A stretch of 63,178 bases of DNA, counting the filler. It is 5 parts of 5 records of this genome, joined end to end, with 100 filler letters (N's around TTAATTAATTAA, not from the genome) between each part and the next. Parts side by side here need not be neighbours in the genome. Positions count along the whole stretch, not along the records: positions 1 to 13,584 come from DRR378314_839; 4 more parts are not named here. One strand, given 5' to 3'. The notes below the pieces were generated by a model. It was not told the origin of the DNA. It did no database searches and worked only from the letters and a program-made list of their open reading frames with translations. The position numbers and the translations under genes are program-made. How positions within the stretch are numbered: the first letter of the stretch is position 1; the number at the start of each line of letters is the position of its first letter. Shown here in pieces: positions 1 through 8,930 of the stretch.

Positions 1-267
1 CTGTTTGGTGCGGGATTTGATGCCGCCCGGATGACCAGTGTGCCAGTAGAAGTGCTCGTCACGCTTCTTGCCGGTCATCTGGATCTTGTCAGCGTTGATG
101 ACGATCACGTTGTCACCCATGTCCATGTGGGGGGTGAACGACGGTTTATGCTTGCCGCGAAGGCGAGTGGCAATGATCGATGCGAGACGGCCCAGCACCA
201 CGCCTTCGGCGTCGATGATGATCCACTTCTTCTCGATATCTGCCGGGGTAGCAGAGAAGGTTTTCAT
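1..267 (-). CDS. rplM: 50S ribosomal protein L13, 5' part (runs off window start)
   Basis: Manual translation [30 protein letters not shown]...[23 protein letters not shown]...HTGHPGGIK; absent from the ORF track. Confidence 0.97.
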   Translation of the reverse strand, partial: MKTFSATPADIEKKWIIIDAEGVVLGRLASIIATRLRGKHKPSFTPHMDMGDNVIVINADKIQMTGKKRDEHFYWHTGHPGGIKSRTKQ

Positions 268-439
268 GTCAGGTCAGTCCTGTTTGTCGTGACAATGGGG
301 CCGCGGACGACTCCATCTGAATTCGATAGACGGGGTTTACGGTGGCGTCACAAAACAGTCAACACAGGTAAACGACATTAAAATGTTTAAAAACAAAGCA
401 CTATAAATTAGGTACTATAATACCCCAGCAAAAATCGAC

Positions 440-1855
440 CTAAACGCTGATTTGCTCCGGTGGATTGTCCAGCAGCATGCGCAACCGCAGCATCGCGTCC
501 TCGAACCGGGCCAGTGTGACATGCCCATTGATGGCAATGCGTACCGCGTTTGGCGCCCGGCCATCGCGCAGTGCGAACTCATCCGCCGAGCGCAATTGCA
601 CCCCCTGCGCCTCTGCCGCGCGGGTAAAGGCCCCGGCCCGCCAGCCGGACGGAAGCCGCAACCACAGGAATGGCACCTGCGCGTCCCAGGTCAGCTCAAA
701 CGCACCAAGTGCGTTGACCGCCACCCGCACATAATCCGCCATTTCCTCGCGGACGGTCTGAACAAGCTTCTTGCTGCGCGGATCTGCCAGTAGGATGCGT
801 GTCACCTCTGCGAGCGGCTGCGCCAGACCGAAGTACCCGTATTCGGCCACCCGACGCAGGTCCGCCGATTTTCCGACCGGTGCGATGGCGAAACCAACCC
901 GCAACGCGGGCGTCAGTGATTTCGAAATAGATGTGACGTGCCAACTGAGATCCGGCGCCAGCGCCCGATAGGTCGGTGCCCGCGCCTCTCCCATCCGGTA
1001 GCAATCGTCCTCGATCACTTGTACCCCATGCCGTCGCAGCACCGACAGGATTTCCTTCCGACGTTCGAGCGGCGTAAACGTGCCGGTCGGATTGTGCACT
1101 TCCGGACTGGTACAAAGCACCGATGCGCCGGATTTCTTGATCGCGGCGTCCAGAGCCTCCGGCACGACGCCATGTTCGTCGATTGCCACCCCGACAACCT
1201 TTGCGCGCAGAATTTCCGCCGCGCGGCGAAACCCCGCGTAAGACAGATCTTCGACCAGGATCGTTGGATTGCTGTCCTTCAGGATCGCCTGCAGCACCGT
1301 CATGACCGCATTCTGCCCGCCATGGGTCAGCACGATGTCACGCTCTCCCAACGGGCCAAGAGGTGTGTCGGACAACCAGTCCACCACCGCCTGCCGCACA
1401 GGTTGATAGGCGTCACGTGTCGGATAATTCAGCAGCGCCAGACGGTCACAATCAGCGGCCTTGCGCAGCGCCTCGCGGATCAGCTTGACCTGACCGACAT
1501 CCACCAGCCTGGGGCTGAACAGGCTGACGTGATTGGGGTTTGCCCCCTCCAGCAGATGCAATTGACGCGACCAGACATCGTCCATGACCACGGTTTCGCG
1601 CTCAGCGACAAAGGTGCCCCGGCCCACTTCGGCCTGCAACAGCCCTTCATCCGTGAGAATTGTATAGGCCCGCGCCACGGTGCCGGGCGTGATATTCAGC
1701 TGATAGGCCAATTCCCGTACTGGGGGAAGTTTTGCCCCCACCTGCAATGTACCACTTTCAACTGCCAACCGTATCGTATCGGCGACCCGTTTGTACTTCG
1801 GACCCGGCCGCTCGGCCAGCGATCCGGTCAAGGTGGAGGGCCAAATTGTACCCAT
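440..1855 (-). CDS. GntR/MocR-family regulator (wHTH plus PLP aminotransferase-like domain)
   Basis: LPPVRELAYQLNITPGTVARAY...GRGTFV wHTH; HNPTG, IEDDCY, SISKSLTPALRVG. Confidence 0.93.
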   Translation of the reverse strand: MGTIWPSTLTGSLAERPGPKYKRVADTIRLAVESGTLQVGAKLPPVRELAYQLNITPGTVARAYTILTDEGLLQAEVGRGTFVAERETVVMDDVWSRQLHLLEGANPNHVSLFSPRLVDVGQVKLIREALRKAADCDRLALLNYPTRDAYQPVRQAVVDWLSDTPLGPLGERDIVLTHGGQNAVMTVLQAILKDSNPTILVEDLSYAGFRRAAEILRAKVVGVAIDEHGVVPEALDAAIKKSGASVLCTSPEVHNPTGTFTPLERRKEILSVLRRHGVQVIEDDCYRMGEARAPTYRALAPDLSWHVTSISKSLTPALRVGFAIAPVGKSADLRRVAEYGYFGLAQPLAEVTRILLADPRSKKLVQTVREEMADYVRVAVNALGAFELTWDAQVPFLWLRLPSGWRAGAFTRAAEAQGVQLRSADEFALRDGRAPNAVRIAINGHVTLARFEDAMLRLRMLLDNPPEQISV

Positions 1856-1947
1856 AACAATCTCCGCTTAGACAATCCGCGCCGCACTTTGTACGCTCTA
1901 CATACCAGTACATTCAAATTGCATCAATACAAAATGTGAGACTGACC

Positions 1948-2178
1948 ATGACAAATGTGACAGAAAACCCGACACACCTCTCCTATCTGACCAGTCGTCC
2001 GGCCCTGCCGATGATTGCAGAATTGGCTATTGGTTTTGCGGTTCTGGTCACGAAGTGGTCGGTCCGAAAGCGCACCCGTCGCCAGCTGAGCAGGCTTGAT
2101 CAGCATCAATTGCGCGACATCGGCCTGCAACGCGAGGAAGCCATGCGCGAAGGAACTCTTCCGTTCTGGAGACCCTGA
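1948..2178 (+). CDS. DUF1127 (YjiS-like) small protein
   Basis: W..RKRTRRQLSRLDQHQLRDIGL....A..E...PFWR signature; divergent from the MocR gene. Confidence 0.9.
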   Translation: MTNVTENPTHLSYLTSRPALPMIAELAIGFAVLVTKWSVRKRTRRQLSRLDQHQLRDIGLQREEAMREGTLPFWRP

Positions 2179-2204
2179 AACCCCGGGGCACAGAACCAAC
2201 TGGC

Positions 2205-2234
2205 AGGCCGGAGCTCCGTCTCCGGCCTTTTTTT
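2205..2234 (+). terminator. Intrinsic terminator after the DUF1127 gene
   Basis: AGGCCGGAG-ctccgt-CTCCGGCCT followed by a T-run. Confidence 0.85.
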
Positions 2235-2395
2235 ATGCGCGACGCCCTTTGGTGTTCATAAATTTTGCCTTGATCGAATCTCTCCGCCCTCCTATTTGCG
2301 CCTGACTTTCGGTACCGATCCCAACCCTGAACTCTTATTCGGGGGGGCGCTAAGGACCGTCTGGATTGTCATCTACTGGAACGAAGGGGCGTGTC

Positions 2396-2902
2396 ATGAC
2401 CGACGCCAACCTCTTCCAACTGGGGATCGGTCTGGAGACAGGCGCCCATGAGGAAGATACCGCCAGCGGTGTACCCACCGCTATTGTGAACTCTTTGGTC
2501 GACGCCGACCGCGAGGATCACTTCATTCGCCGCAACGGCAAGGTTTTTGCCGGCACGCATCTGATCATCGAAGTGATGAAAGGCACCGGTCTGGACTGTC
2601 AGACCCGGATCGAGGACGCCTTTCGCAAGATGGTCGATGTCTGCGGCGCAACCCTGCTGCATATCCACACGCATAAGTTCTCGCCGCAGGGCGTATCCGG
2701 CGTGGCGGTGCTCGCCGAGAGTCATATCTCCGTGCACACATGGCCCGAAATTGGCTACGGCGCGTTCGACGTCTTCATGTGCGGCGATGCCGAGCCATGG
2801 AAAGCCGTCGACGTGCTGAAATCTGCCTTCGAGACCAACATGGTCGAGGTCCGTGAACTGCTACGCGGAGAGGAAATCGTTGCCAAGGAGGTCGCCGCAT
2901 GA
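2396..2902 (+). CDS. speD: S-adenosylmethionine decarboxylase proenzyme
   Basis: GTHLI..., HKFSPQGVSGVAVLAESHISVHTWPE (E-S self-cleavage site), DVFMCG; overlaps speE. Confidence 0.95.
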   Translation: MTDANLFQLGIGLETGAHEEDTASGVPTAIVNSLVDADREDHFIRRNGKVFAGTHLIIEVMKGTGLDCQTRIEDAFRKMVDVCGATLLHIHTHKFSPQGVSGVAVLAESHISVHTWPEIGYGAFDVFMCGDAEPWKAVDVLKSAFETNMVEVRELLRGEEIVAKEVAA

Positions 2903-3753
2903 CGGATGAGGTCTGGAACACCGAACGGCTGCACGATCATTTTGCCCAATCCCTGCGGGTGAGCGAAATGTATTACGACAGCAAGACCGAGCATCAGCGG
3001 CTCAAGGTTTTTCAGAACGGCACCTTCGGGCGCATTCTGACACTGGACGACGTTGTTCAGACCACCGAGGGCGACAACTTCATCTACCACGAGATGCTGA
3101 CCCATGTGCCGATCCTGGCGCATGGGGCCGCCGAACGCGTGCTTATCATCGGCGGCGGCGATGGCGGCATTGCCCGCGAGGTGCTGAAACACGCCTCGGT
3201 CGAGCATGTCACCATGGTGGAAATCGACGCCGGTGTTGTCGACTTTTCAAAGGAATACCTGCCGATGCTGAGCCAGGGCGCCTTTGACGATGCCCGGCTC
3301 AATCTGGTGATCAACGATGGCGCGGTCTTCATGAAGGAGACCGAGGACAAGTTCGACGTCATCATCGTCGATTCCACGGATCCGATCGGCCCCGGCGAAG
3401 TGCTGTTCACCGACACCTTCTATGGCCACGCCGCCCGCGCCCTGACCGAGGACGGCATCATCGTGACCCAGAACGGCGTGCCCTTCATGCAGGGCGACGA
3501 GCTGACCAATACGATGCGGGCCTTTCAGGCGCTGTTTGCCGATGCGACCTGCTATCTTGCCACCATCCCGACCTATGTGGGCGGGCCGATGGCGCTGGGT
3601 TGGGGGAGCCATTCGACCAAGGCCCGCGCGGTTGATCTGGCCACGCTGGAGAGCCGGTTTACTGCGGCTGGCCTCACGCCGGACTATTATACGCCAGAGG
3701 TGCACAAGGCCGCCTTTGCTCTACCCGGCTATGTGAAAAAGCTCATTCCTTAG
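2899..3753 (+). CDS. speE: Spermidine synthase (polyamine aminopropyltransferase)
   Basis: LTLDDVVQTTE, YHEMLTHVP, VLIIGGGDGG, DVIIVDSTDPIGPG. Confidence 0.95.
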   Translation: MTDEVWNTERLHDHFAQSLRVSEMYYDSKTEHQRLKVFQNGTFGRILTLDDVVQTTEGDNFIYHEMLTHVPILAHGAAERVLIIGGGDGGIAREVLKHASVEHVTMVEIDAGVVDFSKEYLPMLSQGAFDDARLNLVINDGAVFMKETEDKFDVIIVDSTDPIGPGEVLFTDTFYGHAARALTEDGIIVTQNGVPFMQGDELTNTMRAFQALFADATCYLATIPTYVGGPMALGWGSHSTKARAVDLATLESRFTAAGLTPDYYTPEVHKAAFALPGYVKKLIP

Positions 3754-3775
3754 AACGACCTGAGCCGTGACATTA

Positions 3776-3806
3776 AAGCGCCCCCGGAAACCTCCGCGGG
3801 CGTTTT
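3776..3806. terminator. Probable bidirectional terminator between convergent speE and the thioesterase gene
   Basis: Imperfect CGCCC-C-CGGA/TCCG-C-GGGCG hairpin flanked by an A-run and a T-run. Confidence 0.55.
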
Positions 3807-4227
3807 ATCGTTTTGGCGGGATCGAATAGGTCATGGTTGAGCGCGCCACAGGTTCGGCCTTGCCTTCGGAAAACAGCAGCACATCCCCCACCGCCAGGGT
3901 GCGCCCCAGCTTCAAAAGCCGCGCCTGGCCCAGCAGATCGCGACCGCCGTCCGGCTTGCGCATAAAATCGAACGAGGCATTGGTCGTCACCGCCAGCGCC
4001 TCGCCGCCCAAATGCGCCAGCACCAGCGCATAAACCGCGACATCCGCCAGCGCAAACATCGACGGGCCCGACACCGTGCCCCCGGGACGCAGATGCCGCT
4101 CCTGCACATTCAGCCGCATGGTGATCTCACCCGGGCGCAGTGCATCAACGCTGAACTCGCCGTTGATCTGCGGAAACACCTCCTCCAGATAGGTCATCAG
4201 TTGCGGTGTCTCAAAAACCAGCTGCAT
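3805..4227 (-). CDS. PaaI-family hotdog thioesterase
   Basis: HLRPGGTVSGPSMFALAD, AVTTNASFDFMRKP, LKLGRTLAVG. Confidence 0.9.
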   Translation of the reverse strand: MQLVFETPQLMTYLEEVFPQINGEFSVDALRPGEITMRLNVQERHLRPGGTVSGPSMFALADVAVYALVLAHLGGEALAVTTNASFDFMRKPDGGRDLLGQARLLKLGRTLAVGDVLLFSEGKAEPVARSTMTYSIPPKR

Positions 4228-4629
4228 CCGCGCGTCTCCCCTCTGTTTTCTCGTCACTGTGCACGCAGCGGGCCTCCTCACAAGCGGATTTGCTTAGAAC
4301 GCCACGGCACTCAGAGCGTCGGGCTGGCCGTCAGGGCGCCGCAAAGAACGCTTTTTCCTAAAATTTTCGGAAAATTCAGCCTTTGTTTACGAACTGCGGT
4401 TTATTGTTTCCGTGTTGAGGCTTCTAATGAAGGCAAGAAAGTGGCAAGAGTTGGGCAAGCCAACGCGCTTGTCGCAATTTGGGCCGCTGCTTCGGACCGT
4501 CCCTCCTACCGGATCTCTCACCCGGATATGACGTCCACGAAGCTGCGGCCCTAATTATTTCTGCCTCCGCGCCTCGAACACCAACAGCTGATATTGCGCC
4601 CGCAGGTAAGCTGCCCTATTTGCCATCCC

Positions 4630-5970
4630 ATGACACAAGAGCTTCACATCGTCGGCGGCGGAATGGCCGGATCCGAGGCTGCCTGGCAGGCGGCGCACAT
4701 GGGCATCAACGTGGTGATCCACGAGATGCGCCCTAAGGTCGAAACCTTTGCCCATCAGACAGGCAATCTGGGCGAGATGGTCTGTTCCAACTCCTTCCGC
4801 TCGGATGATGACGAACAGAACGCCGTTGGGCTATTGCATTGGGAAATGCGCGCGGCCAATGGCCTGATCATGGCCACGGCAGAGGAACACCGCCTGCCCG
4901 CTGGTGGCGCGCTGGCCGTGGACCGCGATCCCTTCGCCGAAACCGTGACCGCAAAGCTCAAAGCCCTGCCCAACGTGCGCGTCTCCTACGACGAAATCAC
5001 CGAGCTGCCCGCCGAAGGCCACTGGATCTTTGCCACCGGCCCGCTGACCTCCCCCGCGCTCGGAGAGGCCATCCAGCAAGAGACCGGTGCCGAGCGTCTG
5101 GCCTTTTTTGATGCCATTGCGCCGATCATCTACGCTGAGAGCATCGACATGTCGAAGGCCTGGATGCAATCGCGCTATGACAAGGGCGAGACCGAGGAAG
5201 AGCGCACTGCCTACCTCAACTGCCCGATGGACAAGGACCAATACGAGGCCTTCATCGACGCGCTGCTGGCCGCCGACAAAACCGAGTTCCACGAAGGCGA
5301 GACCGCCGGGTATTTTGATGGCTGCCTGCCGATCGAGGTGATGGCTGAACGCGGTCGTGAGACCCTGCGCCATGGCCCGATGAAGCCCGTGGGCCTGACC
5401 AATCCGCATCAGCCGGAGATCAAGGCACATGCGGTTGTGCAGCTGCGCCGCGACAATGCGCTGGGAACTCTGTTCAATATCGTCGGCTTCCAGACCAAGA
5501 TGAAATATGGCGCGCAAGCGGATGTTTTCCGGATGATTCCGGGCTTGGAGAACGCCAGCTTTGCGCGCCTTGGCGGCATCCATCGCAATACCTTCCTGAA
5601 CTCTCCGACGTTGCTCGACCACGAAATGCGCCTGAAATCCAAACCCAATATCCGCTTTGCCGGTCAGGTCACTGGAGTTGAGGGATATGTGGAAAGCGCT
5701 GCCATGGGGCTGCTCGCCGGGCGTCTCGCCGCGGCGGAAATCCTCGGCCAGGAGCTGCCACAGGTGCCACAGGACAGCGCCATGGGCGCGCTGATCCACC
5801 ACATCACCGGTGGCGCCGAGGCCAAGACCTTTCAGCCGATGAATGTGAACTTCGGCCTATTCCGCCCCGTGGACGGATTGAAAGGCGGGCGTCGCGGCCG
5901 CAAGGACCGCTACAAGGCCTATACCGACCGCGCCAAGACCGCGTGGCAGGACTGGCTCGGCAACTTTTGA
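4630..5970 (+). CDS. trmFO: Methylenetetrahydrofolate-tRNA-(uracil-54) methyltransferase TrmFO
   Basis: [55 protein letters not shown]. Confidence 0.96.
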   Translation: MTQELHIVGGGMAGSEAAWQAAHMGINVVIHEMRPKVETFAHQTGNLGEMVCSNSFRSDDDEQNAVGLLHWEMRAANGLIMATAEEHRLPAGGALAVDRDPFAETVTAKLKALPNVRVSYDEITELPAEGHWIFATGPLTSPALGEAIQQETGAERLAFFDAIAPIIYAESIDMSKAWMQSRYDKGETEEERTAYLNCPMDKDQYEAFIDALLAADKTEFHEGETAGYFDGCLPIEVMAERGRETLRHGPMKPVGLTNPHQPEIKAHAVVQLRRDNALGTLFNIVGFQTKMKYGAQADVFRMIPGLENASFARLGGIHRNTFLNSPTLLDHEMRLKSKPNIRFAGQVTGVEGYVESAAMGLLAGRLAAAEILGQELPQVPQDSAMGALIHHITGGAEAKTFQPMNVNFGLFRPVDGLKGGRRGRKDRYKAYTDRAKTAWQDWLGNF

Positions 5971-6006
5971 TAGACGATTTCATGGTCCCGGCGCTACACT
6001 GGGACC

Positions 6007-6621
6007 ATGAGCGAAAAATTTCTCGAAAAATCCTACGGGCTGGGATCAGTAGAAGAGACCCTTGACCACTATGACCAATGGGCGGCAAGTTACGACGCGG
6101 AGATCGCGGACAACAACTATGCCACGCCGGGTCGCATCGCCGATGCGCTCTGGTCCGTTCTGCCCGATGTCTCTGCACCGATCCTCGATTTTGGCTGCGG
6201 CACCGGCCTGTCCGGACTTGCTCTGCGCCGCGAGGGGTATGAGATCATCGATGGCCTCGATCCCTCCAACGAGATGCTGAACAAGGCGCGCGAGAAGGCG
6301 GCACATCGAAACCTCGCCCTGCTTGATGCCACGACTGCCGAGCCTTTCACGCCCGATACCTACAAGGCGGTTGTGGCCTGTGGTGTGCTGGGCACCGGGG
6401 CCGCGCCGCCAGAGGCCTTTGGCCGCCTGATGCACTGCCTCTCCAAGGGCAATCTACTGGCCTTCTCGCTGAACGATCACGCGCTTGCAGACCCGGGCTA
6501 CACCGGTGCAATGAATGAATGGCTTGATTGTGGCGCGGCGCGGTTGCTATTCAAGGAATACGGTCCGCATCTGCCGGGACTGGACTTGAACGCCGACGTC
6601 TATGTGATTGAGAAAATGTGA
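6007..6621 (+). CDS. Class I SAM-dependent methyltransferase
   Basis: ILDFGCGTGLSG motif I; YDQWAASYD. Confidence 0.85.
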   Translation: MSEKFLEKSYGLGSVEETLDHYDQWAASYDAEIADNNYATPGRIADALWSVLPDVSAPILDFGCGTGLSGLALRREGYEIIDGLDPSNEMLNKAREKAAHRNLALLDATTAEPFTPDTYKAVVACGVLGTGAAPPEAFGRLMHCLSKGNLLAFSLNDHALADPGYTGAMNEWLDCGAARLLFKEYGPHLPGLDLNADVYVIEKM

Positions 6622-7475
6622 CATTCACAACCCGTTTCGCCCCATCTCCGACCGGGCCACTCCATCTGGGACATGCTTATTCCGCTTTGCTGGCGTCTGA
6701 CATGGCGGACCGGCGAGGCGGCCATTTCCTGCTTCGGATCGAGGATATCGACCAATCCCGCGCGCGCAACTCGTGGGAAGAGCAGATCTATGCGGATCTG
6801 TCCTGGCTCGGCCTCAGCTGGCCGCATCCCGTCATGCGGCAGTCTGATCGGTTGCCGCGGTATCGCGCGGCGCTGACGCAGCTCTCCGCGCTTGGCGTCA
6901 CCTATCCCTGCCGCTGCAATCGAGCTGATATCGAGGCTGCTGCCGGTGCGCCTCAGGAGGGCGTGCCGCAATTTGGCCCCGACGGGCGGATCTACCCCGG
7001 CAGCTGCCGGGATCGCAGCATGTCCGACGCCACTCCGAACGACGTGATCCGCCTCAACATGCAGGCCGCGTTGAAGCATCTTCCAAAGCTGGGATTTATC
7101 GAGACATCAGAAGAACTCGGTGGCCATATCTCACTTGATCCAGAGCATCTGATCACCGCCGTCGGCGACATCATCTTGGTGCGCCGCAACATGGGCAGCT
7201 CCTACCATTTGTCGGTGGTGGTGGATGACGCCGACCAGGCCATCACAGAGGTGATACGCGGCGCGGATCTGTTCGAGAGCACTCAGATCCATGTGGTTCT
7301 GCATGCGTTGTTGAACCTGCCCGTGCCGCGCTATCACCACCATCGTCTGATCCGCAACGATCACGGCAAACGCTTGGCGAAACGTGACGATGCCCGCGCC
7401 ATTGCCAAGTATCGCGAGGATGGCGCCAGCCCGCAGGACATTCGCGCCCGCCTTGGCCTGGCGCCAAAACCCTAG
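6618..7475 (+). CDS. gluQ: tRNA glutamyl-Q(34) synthetase (GluQRS)
   Basis: RFAPSPTGPLHLGH, LRIEDID, CxC...YPGSC, KRLAKR; 285 aa, no anticodon domain. Confidence 0.92.
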   Translation: MTFTTRFAPSPTGPLHLGHAYSALLASDMADRRGGHFLLRIEDIDQSRARNSWEEQIYADLSWLGLSWPHPVMRQSDRLPRYRAALTQLSALGVTYPCRCNRADIEAAAGAPQEGVPQFGPDGRIYPGSCRDRSMSDATPNDVIRLNMQAALKHLPKLGFIETSEELGGHISLDPEHLITAVGDIILVRRNMGSSYHLSVVVDDADQAITEVIRGADLFESTQIHVVLHALLNLPVPRYHHHRLIRNDHGKRLAKRDDARAIAKYREDGASPQDIRARLGLAPKP

Positions 7476-7480
7476 CCTTG

Positions 7481-7852
7481 TCAGGCCATTGGCGTCATGA
7501 TCTCAACTTCATCCCCATCCCGCACGGCGGTGTAGAAACAGCTGCGGCGGTTGGTGTGGCACGCCGGTCCGGACTGGCGCACCAGCGCCAGCAGCGCATC
7601 GCGATCACAGTCCACCCGCAGCTCCACCAGCTCCTGCACATGGCCGGAGCTTTCGCCCTTGATCCAGAACGACTGGCGCGACCGCGACCAATAGGTGACA
7701 CGGCCGGTCTCAAGCGTTTTTGCCACGCTCTCCGCGTTCATCCAGGCCATCATCAGAATCTCGCCGCTCTCGACATCCTGTGCGATGCACGGCAGCAGGC
7801 CGGCCTCATTAAATGTCAGTGTTTCGGGCGAAAATTTCACCGGATCTTGCAT
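7481..7852 (-). CDS. hisI: Phosphoribosyl-AMP cyclohydrolase
   Basis: YWSRSRQSFWIKGESSGH, DCDRD, ACHTNRRSCF; start could be 7870. Confidence 0.95.
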   Translation of the reverse strand: MQDPVKFSPETLTFNEAGLLPCIAQDVESGEILMMAWMNAESVAKTLETGRVTYWSRSRQSFWIKGESSGHVQELVELRVDCDRDALLALVRQSGPACHTNRRSCFYTAVRDGDEVEIMTPMA

Positions 7853-7929
7853 GTCAAAAACCTTTTGCATCTCGGGGGCGCGCCCCTATGTATGGGGAAC
7901 ACGGCCTTAGGGAAACCCAGGAACTGCAC

Positions 7930-8382
7930 ATGTCCGGCGAAACCGACCTGATCAAGCTTTATTCGACCAAGATCCTCGCCCTGGCGGCAGAGATCCCGCA
8001 TCAGGGGCGGCTTGATGATCCCGATGCCACGGTGAAACGCCGCTCTCCACTGTGTGGCTCAACCGTGACGGTGGATGTGGCGCTCGACGATGGCAAAATT
8101 GCGCGCTTTGCCCAGGACGTCAAAGCCTGCGCGCTGGGACAGGCCGCCGCGTCCGTGGTTGGTCAGGCCATCATCGGCCGCAGCCGGGATGAGGTCGAAA
8201 CCGCCCGCGATCAGCTGAAGGCCATGCTCACCGAGACCGGCCCTGCCCCCGAAGCACCCTTTGAAGGGTTGGAGGTGCTGATCCCTGCGCGGGAGTTCAA
8301 GAACCGCCATGCCTCGATCATGCTGGCGCTCGAGGCCACGCTGGAGGCGATGCAAACGGCGCAGAAGGCCAACTGCGCCTGA
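7930..8382 (+). CDS. NifU/IscU-like Fe-S scaffold-family protein
   Basis: SPLCGSTVTVD, VKACALGQAAAS, RHAS. Confidence 0.85.
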   Translation: MSGETDLIKLYSTKILALAAEIPHQGRLDDPDATVKRRSPLCGSTVTVDVALDDGKIARFAQDVKACALGQAAASVVGQAIIGRSRDEVETARDQLKAMLTETGPAPEAPFEGLEVLIPAREFKNRHASIMLALEATLEAMQTAQKANCA

Positions 8383-8454
8383 TTTCCGCCCGCGGTTGTT
8401 GCTCCCTCCCGAGCAGAAACTGCAATTGCGCCACCCTGATCACCTGTATGAGAC

Positions 8455-8490
8455 AAAAAAACCGCCGCACATCCGGGCAGATGGCGGCGG
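8455..8490 (-). terminator. Intrinsic terminator (minus strand)
   Basis: CCGCCGC...GCGGCGG stem preceded by an A-run on the + strand. Confidence 0.7.
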
Positions 8491-8501
8491 CAAGTCATAG
8501 C

Positions 8502-8613
8502 GCTTTCATGCGGGACCCGGGACACACCAAACACCGGAGTTCACACTCTGGTGCGGACCGAACAGGCAGTCAGTCCTTGCAAGACTTGAGGCTGGTGCGC
8601 CCGGCATGAAAGC
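8502..8613 (-). ncRNA. Candidate structured RNA (3' UTR or sRNA) downstream of the 40-aa ORF
   Basis: GCTTTCATG (8502-8510) pairs with CATGAAAGC (8605-8613) and encloses the CACCGGAG/CTCTGGTG hairpin and other short stems; strand inferred from the terminator. Confidence 0.4.
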
Positions 8614-8661
8614 ACAGGCAAAAAACAGAGAAATAGCTACAAAAACAAAAAAAGGCGTGGT

Positions 8662-8784
8662 TCAGATCAGACCAGGCAGGTGAAGCCCGACAACCAACAT
8701 CACAACCAACGAGGCGGCCCCCAGAGCATCCTGCAACAGGGTGGACTGGGAATTGCGCAATGCGGATTTGAACTGTGTGACCAT
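8662..8784 (-). CDS. 40-aa small membrane protein, candidate SOS-regulated
   Basis: MVTQFKSALRNSQSTLLQDALGAASLVVMLVVGLHLPGLI; strong SD GAGGAGGT; one C-terminal hydrophobic helix. Confidence 0.75.
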   Translation of the reverse strand: MVTQFKSALRNSQSTLLQDALGAASLVVMLVVGLHLPGLI

Positions 8785-8864
8785 CTGGAAACCTCCTCGA
8801 CCTCTGTCTGCGTTCACGACGCCTTTGTTGCTCCTTTGTTCCCACTTCACGCGAGTCGTGTAAA

Positions 8865-8879
8865 GAACTTTTTGAGAAC
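8865..8879 (-). promoter_or_regulatory. Alphaproteobacterial LexA (SOS) box GTTC-N7-GTTC
   Basis: + strand GAAC-TTTTTGA-GAAC exact; second near-box GTTG-CTCCTTT-GTTC at 8827-8841; more GAAC at 8886, 8896, 8908. Confidence 0.75.
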
Positions 8880-8930
8880 ATTTGCGAACAAAGTGGAACA
8901 CACAAGAGAACAAGCCGCTGGTGGCAGGAA

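Noticed and set aside
2179-2234. CcsR/cuckoo-type sRNA repeats after the DUF1127 gene
   Set aside because: Short 3' UTR ends in a terminator and has no CCTCCTCCC loops
4228-4629. Gene or pseudogene in the 400-nt paaI-trmFO gap
   Set aside because: Overlapping ORFs have no motifs or SD; consistent with divergent promoter DNA
8865-8911. GAAC array as a CRISPR or tandem repeat
   Set aside because: Units are 4 nt with 6-8 nt spacing; no cas genes anywhere in the window
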